DNA of 63,473 bases, counting the filler, from an uncultured Methanosarcinales archaeon (GTDB lineage Archaea; Nanobdellota; Nanobdellia; Woesearchaeales; CAXGTL01): the NCBI GenBank assembly GCA_964535955.1. It is 7 parts of 6 records of this genome, joined end to end, with 100 filler letters (N's around TTAATTAATTAA, not from the genome) between each part and the next. Parts side by side here need not be neighbours in the genome. Positions count along the whole stretch, not along the records: positions 17,944 to 22,060 come from CAZHVK010000007.1; positions 22,161 to 28,967 come from CAZHVK010000007.1; positions 29,068 to 54,752 come from CAZHVK010000017.1; 4 more parts are not named here. One strand, 5' to 3'. The notes beneath the pieces are model-generated. The model saw only the letters and a program-made list of their open reading frames with translations, ran no database searches and was not told the DNA's origin. Position 1 is the stretch's first letter; the number at the start of each line of letters is the position of its first letter. The translations under genes were made by a program, and so were the position numbers. Below are positions 20,648 through 30,370 of the stretch, piece by piece.

Positions 20648-21462
20648 AATTAATAAAAAAAGAATGCAAAAGAAGAGGTTTTAGTAATAAAACTTCTGAA
20701 GCTTATTGCTTTTACACAGACAAATTTCTACATTTCTGTGATAAAAGAGAATGTGTAAAAAGAATTACTAAGAAAGATGTTAAGGTTTTTATTGATTATT
20801 TATGTAGCAAGAATAAATCAAGTTCTACACTTAATGTTGCTCTGTCTTCTGTAAAATTCTTCATGTTTGATATTTTAAAGAAAAACTGGAAACTTGATAT
20901 GAAATTTTCAAAACTTGCTAAGAGAAAACCTATTTATTTGACCAAATTAGAGGTTAAGAAGATAATTAATAGTATTAGTAATAAAAAACACAAACTCATG
21001 ATTAAGTTATTGTACTCAGCAGGGCTTCGTGTTAGTGAACTTGTTCAGTTGAAAGTAAGTGACCTTGATATTGATGACAGTATTGGCTGGGTTAGACTTG
21101 GTAAAGGTTCTAAGGACAGGATGTTTATTATTGCAAAAAGATTAAGAGAAGAATTACGTGATTTTGTTTTATTTAAGGAATTAGGTTATAATGATTATGT
21201 ATTTAATGGCAGGAATGGACACATTAGTATTGAAACTGTTTATAGAATTGTTAAAAAAGCTACTAAAAAAGCAGAAATCAGAAAAAATGTCCATCCACAC
21301 ACATTCAGACACAGTTTTGCTCGACACTTGGTTGATAATAAAACTAATATTTATGATGTGCAGTTTTTGTTAGGTCATAAAGATGTGGATACTACTAGAG
21401 TCTACACACACATGTCAAAGAAAAGGATTGCTCATGTTGATAGTCCCTATGATGGGTTGTGA
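20635..21462 (+). CDS. Tyrosine recombinase (XerD/XerA-like with SAM-like N-terminal domain)
   Basis: GLRVSE, GKGSKDR, HTFRHSFA, LGH, TRVY catalytic motifs. Confidence 0.93.
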   Translation: MQPLELIKKECKRRGFSNKTSEAYCFYTDKFLHFCDKRECVKRITKKDVKVFIDYLCSKNKSSSTLNVALSSVKFFMFDILKKNWKLDMKFSKLAKRKPIYLTKLEVKKIINSISNKKHKLMIKLLYSAGLRVSELVQLKVSDLDIDDSIGWVRLGKGSKDRMFIIAKRLREELRDFVLFKELGYNDYVFNGRNGHISIETVYRIVKKATKKAEIRKNVHPHTFRHSFARHLVDNKTNIYDVQFLLGHKDVDTTRVYTHMSKKRIAHVDSPYDGL

Positions 21463-21543
21463 AAAAAACCAAAAACCTTATATATTATAACAATTTATAA
21501 CATTATATAATAAAACATTATAAAACATAACAAAGGTGATAAT

Positions 21544-21777
21544 ATGCCACAAGCTATAATAAGTTTAGGAGAACATGAGGATAGAGTAATTAATGTACTA
21601 AAAGGGAAATTTGGTCTAAAGAATAAGTCAGATGTTATAAATATGATAATTGATAGGTATGAGGAGGAATTTCTAGAACCAGAATTAAGACCAGAATATG
21701 TTGAAAAAGCTAAAAAAATAATGAAACAGAAAACTATTCCTATTAAAGATTTTGCTAAAAGGTATGGTTTAAAATAA
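21544..21777 (+). CDS. Antitoxin (DUF2683-like)
   Basis: GLKNKS..I, EPELRPEY motif; upstream of a RelE-like toxin; TATAACA-like repeats in the promoter. Confidence 0.75.
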   Translation: MPQAIISLGEHEDRVINVLKGKFGLKNKSDVINMIIDRYEEEFLEPELRPEYVEKAKKIMKQKTIPIKDFAKRYGLK

Positions 21778-21778
21778 A

Positions 21779-22045
21779 ATGTATAATATTAAAATAAGAG
21801 AAGGTCTTGATAAGAAATTTAGTAAATTATCAAAGAAAAATCCTACTCAGTTGAGAATAATAAATAAAAAAATACTTGAAATAAGGGAAAATCCTCACAG
21901 ATATAAAAATTTAAGGGCACCATTAAATAATTGGAAAAGAGTTCATATAGATAAACATTTTGTATTAATTTTTTCCATAGATTATAAAACAAAAACAGTA
22001 ACTCTTGAAGATTATGATCATCATGATAAAATATATAAAAACTAA
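21779..22045 (+). CDS. RelE/YafQ-family toxin
   Basis: NPHRYKNLR.PL...KRVHI..FVL.F, DHHD.IY. Confidence 0.85.
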   Translation: MYNIKIREGLDKKFSKLSKKNPTQLRIINKKILEIRENPHRYKNLRAPLNNWKRVHIDKHFVLIFSIDYKTKTVTLEDYDHHDKIYKN

Positions 22046-22060
22046 TTTTGAAATTCTCAA

Positions 22061-22160
22061 NNNNNNNNNNNNNNNNNNNNNNNNNNNNNNNNNNNNNNNN
22101 NNNNTTAATTAATTAANNNNNNNNNNNNNNNNNNNNNNNNNNNNNNNNNNNNNNNNNNNN
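22061..22160. other. Artificial contig spacer
   Basis: N-run with TTAATTAATTAA. Confidence 0.98.
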
Positions 22161-22763
22161 AAAGCTCAAGTAATGGTCTCAGAAGTTGATCCAATATGTG
22201 CTTTGCAAGCTTGCATGGCTGGAATTAAAGTTACAACTGTTGAAAATGCATTACCTTATGCAGATATTTATGTAACTACCACTGGAAATAAAGATATAAT
22301 TACAGCAGAGCATATGAGTAAAATGAAAGATCAAGCTATTGTATGTAACATTGGTCATTTTGATAATGAAATTCAAGTGGCTAAGCTTGAATCATGGCCA
22401 GGAATTGTAAAACAAGAAATCAAAGGAAGTGAGTGTCCTGTTCATAGATACACTTTTCCAGACGGACATTCTATTTATTTACTAGCTGAAGGAAGACTAA
22501 TTAATCTAGGATGTGCAACTGGCCATCCTAGTTTTGTTATGAGCAATTCTTTTACTAACCAAACAATTGCACAGATTGATATTGCAAAGAATACTGATAG
22601 AAAAATAGGTGTTTATATGCTTAGCAAAGAACTTGATGAAGAAGTTGCAAGACTGCATCTTGATAAACTTGGTGCTAAATTAACTAAATTAACACCTGAA
22701 CAAGCTGCTTATATTGGTGTAAAAGTAGAAGGTCCATATAAACCAGAACATTATAGGTATTAA
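22161..22763 (+). CDS. ahcY: S-adenosylhomocysteine hydrolase, C-terminal part
   Basis: [47 protein letters not shown]. Confidence 0.97.
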   Translation, partial: KAQVMVSEVDPICALQACMAGIKVTTVENALPYADIYVTTTGNKDIITAEHMSKMKDQAIVCNIGHFDNEIQVAKLESWPGIVKQEIKGSECPVHRYTFPDGHSIYLLAEGRLINLGCATGHPSFVMSNSFTNQTIAQIDIAKNTDRKIGVYMLSKELDEEVARLHLDKLGAKLTKLTPEQAAYIGVKVEGPYKPEHYRY

Positions 22764-22928
22764 AAAAAATTGGAAAATTTAGTTTAGAATTCTTAAAAAA
22801 ACCAACCCCACCCCATTGCTGGGGTAGAGGTGTAAAGGTTTTTAGTCCTTGCCTAAGTGTTGGAGTTTGTAGGGGGTTTGAAAGAAACAGAAAGGCAAAA
22901 ACCATTTATGAGTATAAATGTAATAAAA

Positions 22929-22954
22929 CTGCAGTGAAACAAAGTTCACTGCAG
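22929..22954. terminator. Hairpin between convergent ahcY and ftsZ
   Basis: ctgcagtgaa-acaaag-ttcactgcag. Confidence 0.5.
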
Positions 22955-22967
22955 CTTTAATAATAAT

Positions 22968-24038
22968 CTACCTAACTATCTCTATACCTAATTCGCGGCT
23001 AATTTGTTCTGATTCACGATTAGGTCTTCTGTGGTCTGCTTTTCCAAGTATCCATGGTGATTTAACACCAGTGATTATTGTCATTACTGTTAATTTGCCT
23101 TTCATACTGTCAAGGATTCTTGCTCCCCAGATAACATTTGCATCATCGTCTAATGACTCTGTTACTAGTTCTCCTACTCTGCTTACTTCGTCTAAAGTCA
23201 TGTCTGGTCCACCGCATACATGAATTAATGCACCTGTTGCACCTTCATAACTAATGTCTAATAAAGGATTACTTAAAGCACCTTTAACAGACTCTTCTAC
23301 TCTGTTATTTGTATCTGAGCATCCTACTCCGATTGCAGCTACTCCGCCTTGTGTCATAATTGCTTTTACATCTGCATAATCTAGGTTTACAAGACTAGGT
23401 ACAGCGATTGTTTCTACAATTCCTTTAATCATTGTAGAAATTAGTTCATTTGCAACAGCAAAAGCTTGCTGTATTGGTAAGTTTCCAGCAATTTGAACTA
23501 ACCTATTATTATCAATAACAATAACAGTATCTGAGACTTGTCTTAATTGTTGCAGACCGAATTCAGCTTTATCTACTCTTGCTCTCTCAATGTTAAATGG
23601 CATTGTTACTGTGCCAATTACAATTGCACCTGCATCTTTAGCAGTCTGAGCAATCACACTAGCTGAACCAGTTCCTGTGCCACCTCCCATTCCTGCACAA
23701 ACAAAGACCATGTCAGAACCTTTGACAGCTTCTTTAATCTCTGAAATACTTTCTTTTGCAGCTTCATTTCCTTTTTCAGGAAAACCACCACATCCTAATC
23801 CACGTGTTAAATCACGTCCAATTAGGAACTTTCTATCAGCATCACTTATATTAATATGCTGCTGATCAGTGTTACAAGCAACAATCTCAGCTCCTTTAAC
23901 ACCTTTTCTATATAACCAGCTAACCATATTATTACCAGCACCACCAGTACCAATAACTTTTATATTTGCTTGGCCAATCTGCATGCCATCTAATTGTTTG
24001 CCTGCATTATTCATTGCGTTTTCTACGATAAAATCCAT
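22968..24038 (-). CDS. ftsZ: Cell division protein FtsZ
   Basis: [16 protein letters not shown] tubulin signature, NLDYAD, IWGAR. Confidence 0.98.
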   Translation of the reverse strand: MDFIVENAMNNAGKQLDGMQIGQANIKVIGTGGAGNNMVSWLYRKGVKGAEIVACNTDQQHINISDADRKFLIGRDLTRGLGCGGFPEKGNEAAKESISEIKEAVKGSDMVFVCAGMGGGTGTGSASVIAQTAKDAGAIVIGTVTMPFNIERARVDKAEFGLQQLRQVSDTVIVIDNNRLVQIAGNLPIQQAFAVANELISTMIKGIVETIAVPSLVNLDYADVKAIMTQGGVAAIGVGCSDTNNRVEESVKGALSNPLLDISYEGATGALIHVCGGPDMTLDEVSRVGELVTESLDDDANVIWGARILDSMKGKLTVMTIITGVKSPWILGKADHRRPNRESEQISRELGIEIVR

Positions 24039-24161
24039 ATCGTTTCACCCCTCATGTTTTTTTTATTTGATCTTTCGAATTTACTTAACCAATGTTTTTT
24101 TGTTGTTATTTTGTGCTTATTATATTTTTGAAAGTATATTTTAAAGCACCACAACACTTAT

Positions 24162-24306
24162 ATATTAGTTCGTAGTTAATTCTACTTAGAATTCGCCAAA
24201 ATTCGATAAATATTTTCGCCAAATATTTAATTGTTCGCCAAAACAATTAATAAGTGGTTTTCCGCCAAAACCCTTAATTCTATATATTTTTATGTTGAAC
24301 TAATAT
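24162..24306. repeat. Four TYCGCCAAA direct repeats enclosed by a 10-bp inverted repeat
   Basis: Repeats at 24192, 24215, 24234, 24261; atattagttc (24162) / gaactaatat (24297). Confidence 0.7.
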
Positions 24307-24533
24307 TTAAATCTTTTGTTTATTGAACATATGCTTCTTTGCTTAAAACTTTTAAATTTCTAATTTTATCGTCGACAAAATTAATTTTTCATTTTAGATT
24401 TTTCATCTGAAATTAAGTTTTCACTATAAAATGAAGAACAAAAAGAGGTGTTTTTAAAATACTTTTTATATATGAAAATAATGTTTTTAAGGGTTTTTTT
24501 GATTAAAGGTTTTTAGCTGAAATTTGTATTCTC

Positions 24534-25847
24534 ATGAATATAAATGTTTATAATAAAACACAGGCTAGTGATATTACTGGAATGAGTAAAAAAGCTTTTG
24601 ACATAAGAGATCATACATTAGGTAGAAGATATTTGAACTTCTTGACAACAACAATTGGCAGATCTGAGAACACAAAAATAAGTTATATGACTCATGTTTA
24701 TGATTATTTTGCTCATTATTTTATTGAGTCTTTTGAAGCTCCGCTTTATTATGCTCCGATAATACTCTTTATAACTGATAAATTCTATGCAAATGATTCT
24801 AAAAAATTAGAAATTGCAGATATTGTTAGAATTGAGTATCAAAAATATAAACAAGATAATCAAATAACTAATGGTTTTGAACAAGAGAAAGCAATAGTAT
24901 TATACCATGGTCCAAAATTTTTTAATGTTGTGAAAAAAGGGGATGTAATTTGTGTTAATTTAAACAAACATGGAGTGTTTGAACATAGAAAGAAAAAATA
25001 TATTGAAATAAGGAAATTATACAAAAATATTGTAAATGATGTTTTATTTGAATTTGATCATATAATACAAAAGCCTTTTTTGGACATTATTTTTAGTTTT
25101 GATAAAATCAATGAGATAATGAACCATTGGGCATATGATCATGGTAACAGTACAAGAACCTTATGTAGTAAAATTTGGGCATTGCGTAATTTTCTTGGTT
25201 TTTTAGAAGATTCTAATTTGTTGTCTACACATGTTGATAAATTATTAGGTAAGATTCCTAAATATAAAAAAACTCATAAACCTTTTCTTGACTTTGTTCT
25301 TTTTAATGGTTTACTGAATATTGTTAATACAAAGAATAGTATTTATGAAATTAGAGATGAAGCAATCATGAGGCTTGTATCTGTTGCACCATTAAGAGTA
25401 AGTGAGATGGATATTTTATTACAACATATTGATCATAGAACAAATGAAATATATGTCCCTAGGATAAAAGGTGATAGAGATAGGACAATTTGGTTAAGTG
25501 ATAAGGCAATGAATTATCTTAATAAATATCTAGAAGTAAGGCCAAGATTTAATCCTAAACCAGGTCATGAGCAATTTTTATTTATTAATTACCGAGGTAA
25601 GAGATTAAATCAAAAATCATATAATAGACTTTACCAAGAGTTACAAGAAAAAGCAGGTTATAATACTAGGCACAGTTTTCATACTATAAGAAAAACACTA
25701 TCAACAGAGTTAGCTGTTAAGGGTGCAAGTAATATTTATGTAACTCTTTTCTTAGGTCACAAATTATCAGAAGATATAAGAGACTATGTTGATATTTCAG
25801 CAATTCCACACAAACTAATCGTAGAAAGTTATTTAAGTGAATTATAA
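24534..25847 (+). CDS. Tyrosine recombinase with extended N-terminus
   Basis: PLRVSE, RIKG, HTIRK, LGH, DY catalytic pattern in the C-terminal half. Confidence 0.85.
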   Translation: MNINVYNKTQASDITGMSKKAFDIRDHTLGRRYLNFLTTTIGRSENTKISYMTHVYDYFAHYFIESFEAPLYYAPIILFITDKFYANDSKKLEIADIVRIEYQKYKQDNQITNGFEQEKAIVLYHGPKFFNVVKKGDVICVNLNKHGVFEHRKKKYIEIRKLYKNIVNDVLFEFDHIIQKPFLDIIFSFDKINEIMNHWAYDHGNSTRTLCSKIWALRNFLGFLEDSNLLSTHVDKLLGKIPKYKKTHKPFLDFVLFNGLLNIVNTKNSIYEIRDEAIMRLVSVAPLRVSEMDILLQHIDHRTNEIYVPRIKGDRDRTIWLSDKAMNYLNKYLEVRPRFNPKPGHEQFLFINYRGKRLNQKSYNRLYQELQEKAGYNTRHSFHTIRKTLSTELAVKGASNIYVTLFLGHKLSEDIRDYVDISAIPHKLIVESYLSEL

Positions 25848-25860
25848 TTATTATATTTCT

Positions 25861-26592
25861 ATGACACTAAACATCATAGGAATCGGACTAAACAATCACA
25901 AAGACATAAGTCTGCGTGGCTTAGAATTAATAAAAGAAAGTGATTTTGTATACTTAGAATTCTACACATCTAAGCTAAGCTGCAGCATAGAACAATTAGA
26001 AAATCTGTATGGAAAAAAGATAATAGTCGCAAATCGTGAATTGGTAGAAACAAAACAGCCATTTTTAGAACAAGCAAAAACAAAAAAAGTGAGCTTACTC
26101 ATTATAGGTGATGTGTTTTCAGCAACAACTCATATGACAATCATGATGGATGCTAAAAAACAAGGAATCAAAGTAAATATAATTAATAATGCGTCTGTAT
26201 TAAATGCAATTGGGATAATTGGCTTGGAATTATACAAATTCGGAAGAATAACAAGCATCCCATTTCATAATGAAAATGTAAAAGCTCCAATCAAAGCTCT
26301 AAAAGATAATCAATCAATAAACCTTCACACATTATTCTTGCTCGACCTAGATCCTCTTAATAATGCTTATTTATCTATAAAACAAGCCTCAGACTACTTA
26401 ATAAACAACAAAGTCTCAAAAAACACCTTAACAATTGCCTGTGCAAGGCTTGGTGGAGATGACTTTGTGATTAGAGTTAATACTCTAGAAAAGATTAGTG
26501 ATTATATCTATGGTTCTTCACCATATTGTTTAATAATTCCATCAAAGACAATGCATTTTATTGAAGAAGAAGCATTGGAACAATGGAGATAA
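25861..26592 (+). CDS. dph5: Diphthine synthase
   Basis: IGIGL, YLEFYTS, GDVFSATTH, GLELYKFG, HTLFLLD. Confidence 0.95.
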   Translation: MTLNIIGIGLNNHKDISLRGLELIKESDFVYLEFYTSKLSCSIEQLENLYGKKIIVANRELVETKQPFLEQAKTKKVSLLIIGDVFSATTHMTIMMDAKKQGIKVNIINNASVLNAIGIIGLELYKFGRITSIPFHNENVKAPIKALKDNQSINLHTLFLLDLDPLNNAYLSIKQASDYLINNKVSKNTLTIACARLGGDDFVIRVNTLEKISDYIYGSSPYCLIIPSKTMHFIEEEALEQWR

Positions 26593-26648
26593 TATAACAA
26601 AATTTTTAGTTAAATTTATAAAGAATTTACATCTTTTCTTATTTACAT

Positions 26649-26783
26649 AGCCCGGTGGTGTAGCTGGCCAATTTCCTGATAAAGGAAGGTCATTCATCGT
26701 GCCCTTTGGAGGCATGGACCGCGGTTCGAATATCACTAAATTCATGTTTGGTGGAAAGAAAATCGAAAATCCGCGTCGGGCTA
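26649..26783 (+). tRNA. tRNA-Gln(TTG) with two BHB introns (26672-26693 D-loop; 26731-26769 T-loop)
   Basis: Spliced product AGCCCGG..GTGCC-CTTTGGA-GGCAT..CGCGG-TTCGAAT-CCGCG-TCGGGCT-A folds as an archaeal tRNA-Gln; BHB central helices GGCC/GGTC and TTCG/CGAA. Confidence 0.9.
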
Positions 26784-26810
26784 TATTTTATTTTCTTTAT
26801 ACATTAATTT

Positions 26811-28967
26811 CTAACTAACACTAACACCTAACTCATCAACATTATCACTCTCATCCTTCTCCTTAACCAAATTATCAGGATCAATTGTCAAGACCATTGT
26901 ATAAGAACCAGAGTTTTCATAATTACCCATAGAATATACAACAGCAGATTCATCAACACGTAATGTCAAGTCTTCTGAACTTTGAGGATTAGACAGACCA
27001 CCGCCAGTGTCCAATTGCCACTTAACATTCTCTGCAATTGTATCACCACTGTTCTTTATCTTAAACTTAACAACAACAATTTTGTTAAAATAAGTTTGAA
27101 CATTAAAATCTTCAATAACTAAGTCAGGCTTTAGATTAGGTATTGAAATAAACTCACACACAGCTTGACATGTTCTTGCTCTTCTACAAAGATTATATGT
27201 ATCGTCACGACCATCATCACAATCATCATTACTCATGCATTCCATGTTACATGATGTGGGTTTATGTTTGCAATATGAATTGCAAGTCTTTGGTAAAAAG
27301 CAAATATCTTTAGTACTTGCATTATTATCATCACACCCTGAATTACTCTTACATTCCACATTGCATGGTTCATTCTCACACCTTGCATTGCACTTGCCAG
27401 GATAAATACAAAAGTCTTTGGTGTCAGGCTTATTATCATTGCAATTAGCATCTGTTATACATGCAACACTGCACTTTCTTAGTTTTTCTGATAATAAAAA
27501 TTCTTCTGTAGGCGGCACATAAACATAATCAAAATTATTTCCACCTACAGAACATTCACACCTAAATTGGAAATTATCTTTATCACATTGTGTTGTATAT
27601 CCATTAGTTGTAAAACTGCATGAATCTGTACAACTTGTTACTTGCTCATCAAAATAATAATCGCCTTCTTTAGTTGTATAATCTTTTGATTGGACTTTAA
27701 AAGGAATTATTTGATTAAACTGCATCTTGAAATATGCAAAAGGATTTGCATATTTTTGTTTACCATCTAATTCAATTCTGGAATTTATGTGATCATTATT
27801 AATATCCTTTGCACCTATGTTTATTTTATAATCATGATCATTATCAATCTTATTAATTATGACTTTCACATTTTGTGTATCTGTTTTTCCATCAGAATCT
27901 TTCAAAGTAAGTCTTATTGTTGTTTCACCAAATTCATCCTCGATTGGATAGAATTTTAATTCATCTGTATTTGTGTTCAGTGATGTTTGTACTAGGTTTT
28001 TATTTCCACCTATTATTTTCCATCTTAAATCTCTACCACTATCTTGGTCATCAGTTTCATAGTCTGTTAAATCAATTGACCAAGGGTCTGAATTCATCTC
28101 TACTTCTTGGTCAGGGATTTCAGGTAAGATTTCTGGGGCAGCATTCTCAATAATATCATTAACAGTGATTATTATTTCTTCATAATCTTTAGCACCTCTT
28201 AAATCTGTAACAGTAAACAAAACATTATAAATTCCAGAATCTTCTGATCCAGGTCTCCATCTATATTTTCTTCTTATACTTGTATCATAATCATAGTTTT
28301 CAGCGACCTGAAAATACTCAGTAAAATTATGTGTTAATGTGAGATCATCATCTTCATCTTCATCACTTGCTTCAACCCAAATATCTAATACCTTGTTTTC
28401 ATCTATTTCTGTGTCATTAATGTGTTCAAGAACAGGTGAATTGTTAGGTATTTCACATTCTTGTTCTTCTTCAGGCTTATCATCAACAGTTCTACAATTA
28501 TTAAAATCAGCACAAGTTCTTGTTTGGATTTCATCAACACATTGTGACCATTTACTGCATGTCCAGTTTTCTATGCACGGCATTTCACATTCTTGTTCTT
28601 CATCTGGTTTATCATCTATAGTGCTGCATTGATTATCATCAATACAGATTCTTGATTGTAAACTATCATCACATTCAGTCCAATCACTACAAGTCCAATC
28701 TTCAACACATGGCATTTCACATGCTTGCTCTGTTATTGGTTTATCTTCAATAGTGTCACAATAACTAAAGTCAACACAAACTCTTGTCTGTAAACTATCA
28801 ATACAATCTGACCATACACTGCACTCCCAATCTTCAACACATGGCATTTCACATTCTTGTTGTTCTTCTGGTTTATCTTCTATTGTTCCGCATTGATTAT
28901 CATCAGTACATGTTCTTGATTGTAAACTATTATTACATTCTGACCAATTACCACATGTCCAATCTTC
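26811..28967 (-). CDS. Cys-rich surface protein (TSP1-like ~44-aa repeats, cadherin/Ig-like domains, C-terminal CARDB), 5'-truncated
   Basis: C.E.W.CS.WS.C....Q.R.C.D.N.C repeats continue in frame to the gap; PDLVIE..IKNSG..IDPDN.V.E.DE.DN CARDB motif. Confidence 0.85.
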   Translation of the reverse strand, partial: EDWTCGNWSECNNSLQSRTCTDDNQCGTIEDKPEEQQECEMPCVEDWECSVWSDCIDSLQTRVCVDFSYCDTIEDKPITEQACEMPCVEDWTCSDWTECDDSLQSRICIDDNQCSTIDDKPDEEQECEMPCIENWTCSKWSQCVDEIQTRTCADFNNCRTVDDKPEEEQECEIPNNSPVLEHINDTEIDENKVLDIWVEASDEDEDDDLTLTHNFTEYFQVAENYDYDTSIRRKYRWRPGSEDSGIYNVLFTVTDLRGAKDYEEIIITVNDIIENAAPEILPEIPDQEVEMNSDPWSIDLTDYETDDQDSGRDLRWKIIGGNKNLVQTSLNTNTDELKFYPIEDEFGETTIRLTLKDSDGKTDTQNVKVIINKIDNDHDYKINIGAKDINNDHINSRIELDGKQKYANPFAYFKMQFNQIIPFKVQSKDYTTKEGDYYFDEQVTSCTDSCSFTTNGYTTQCDKDNFQFRCECSVGGNNFDYVYVPPTEEFLLSEKLRKCSVACITDANCNDNKPDTKDFCIYPGKCNARCENEPCNVECKSNSGCDDNNASTKDICFLPKTCNSYCKHKPTSCNMECMSNDDCDDGRDDTYNLCRRARTCQAVCEFISIPNLKPDLVIEDFNVQTYFNKIVVVKFKIKNSGDTIAENVKWQLDTGGGLSNPQSSEDLTLRVDESAVVYSMGNYENSGSYTMVLTIDPDNLVKEKDESDNVDELGVSVS

Positions 28968-29067
28968 NNNNNNNNNNNNNNNNNNNNNNNNNNNNNNNNN
29001 NNNNNNNNNNNTTAATTAATTAANNNNNNNNNNNNNNNNNNNNNNNNNNNNNNNNNNNNNNNNNNNN
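28968..29067. other. Artificial contig spacer
   Basis: N-run with TTAATTAATTAA. Confidence 0.98.
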
Positions 29068-29169
29068 TATTACAAACAACAAGGAATTCTTCATGAAGTA
29101 GATGGTGAAAAAGACCCATTTGAAGTTCATAGAAATGTTAGAAAGATTGTTGATATGTCAGAAATGTAG
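29068..29169 (+). CDS. 3' end of an adenylate-kinase-like gene
   Basis: Translates YYKQQGILHEVDGEKDPFEVHRNVRKIVDMSEM*, resembling the adenylate kinase C-terminus. Confidence 0.65.
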   Translation, partial: YYKQQGILHEVDGEKDPFEVHRNVRKIVDMSEM

Positions 29170-29207
29170 CATTTCTGATCATGATCAAGAACTGATGGTT
29201 CTTGACA
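29156..29207. mobile_element. Family B twin-hairpin insertion, copy 2
   Basis: tgTCAGAAATG-tag-CATTTCTGA-tcatga-TCAAGAAC-tgatg-GTTCTTGAca. Confidence 0.75.
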
Positions 29208-29251
29208 ATTTAACATAAGATTTAAAAACTCATTCTACATAAATATAATAT

Positions 29252-29881
29252 ATGAAGATAATATTACTAGGTCCACAAGGTTCAGGAAAAGGAACACAAG
29301 CAAAAATATTAAAAAAAGAGTTCAAGATCCCACATATTTCTATTGGTGATCTGTTTAGAGAAATCACTAAAAAAAAGACAAGCATATTAGGCAGAAAACT
29401 GAAAAATTATATGAACAAAGGCGAATTAGTTCCAAATAAGATTACATTAAAAATTCTTAAACAAAGATTAAACAAAAGAGATTGTAAAAAAGGTTTTATT
29501 TTAGATGGCTTTCCAAGATCATTGATCCAAGCAAAAGAATTAGACAAAATAGAAAAGATTAACAAACTATTTTATGTTCATGTTACAGATTCATTAGCAG
29601 TAAAAAGATTAAGCAATAGATGGCAGTGTAAGAAATGCGGAGCAATATATGGTATTGATGTTAAGCCTCGCAAGAAAGGTTATTGTGATAAGTGTCATGT
29701 TAAGTTATATCAAAGAGAAGATGATAAGCCAAAAGCTATCAAAGAAAGATTAAGAGAATTTCATCAAATGATTAGGCCTATTCTTAAACATTACAAAAAG
29801 ATAACTGTAAAGATTGATGGTTCTTTGTCTATTAAAAAGATATTTGGTTTGTTAAAGAAAGAGATTAAGAAGATTAAGTAA
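29252..29881 (+). CDS. adk: Adenylate kinase with Zn-binding lid
   Basis: GPQGSGKGTQA, GFILDGFPR, CxxC...CxxC lid, QREDD. Confidence 0.95.
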   Translation: MKIILLGPQGSGKGTQAKILKKEFKIPHISIGDLFREITKKKTSILGRKLKNYMNKGELVPNKITLKILKQRLNKRDCKKGFILDGFPRSLIQAKELDKIEKINKLFYVHVTDSLAVKRLSNRWQCKKCGAIYGIDVKPRKKGYCDKCHVKLYQREDDKPKAIKERLREFHQMIRPILKHYKKITVKIDGSLSIKKIFGLLKKEIKKIK

Positions 29882-30313
29882 CTAATCAAAATAATCTTCA
29901 TAACAAAAATCCTGTTTTCTTATTATATCTTCATAAGTGCAGCTTCCCTTTTCTTCAATTAAGTTACCATACAAAAAACCTTTGAATCTGTTTATTAATT
30001 TCATGCACTCAGAACATCTTCTGAAACTAGTTCCAATTTCAACATTAAACTCATTTTCATTTATCTTTATTATCTTGAAAGGAGTCTCTGAATTTTCATT
30101 ACAATATTTGTAAACATTTGCAACAAATTGGTTGTCTGTGATTGCATCAGAAAGCTTTAGATGTAGCACACATCTTTTTGGTGCAGTATAGCTTATCACC
30201 TCTTTTGTGACAAGCAAACACTTACCTTTTTTCATTCTATATTCTTTATCTTTTTGATCTTTTATTACCTTATCAGGAAGTTTCAAGCTCCCATCTTCAT
30301 TGAATTCGAACAT
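29882..30313 (-). CDS. Hypothetical protein with CxxC
   Basis: Likely start MFEFNEDGSLKLP; FRRCSEC. Confidence 0.65.
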   Translation of the reverse strand: MFEFNEDGSLKLPDKVIKDQKDKEYRMKKGKCLLVTKEVISYTAPKRCVLHLKLSDAITDNQFVANVYKYCNENSETPFKIIKINENEFNVEIGTSFRRCSECMKLINRFKGFLYGNLIEEKGSCTYEDIIRKQDFCYEDYFD

Positions 30314-30370
30314 GAAAATAGGATTAGGGTTGTGGTTTAAAAGGTTTTTGTTAAAAACAAGAGCCTTCAC

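Noticed and set aside
18242..22045. Classical integron with attC sites
   Set aside because: No RYYYAAC...GTTRRRY attC pattern was recognised between the genes, and no IntI-specific insertion is evident in the 275-aa recombinase.
24192..24269. CRISPR array
   Set aside because: The repeats are only 9 bp with irregular short spacers, and there are no cas genes; no CRISPR array is seen in the window.
26542..26745. 67-aa ORF
   Set aside because: It is antisense to tRNA-Gln and the end of dph5.
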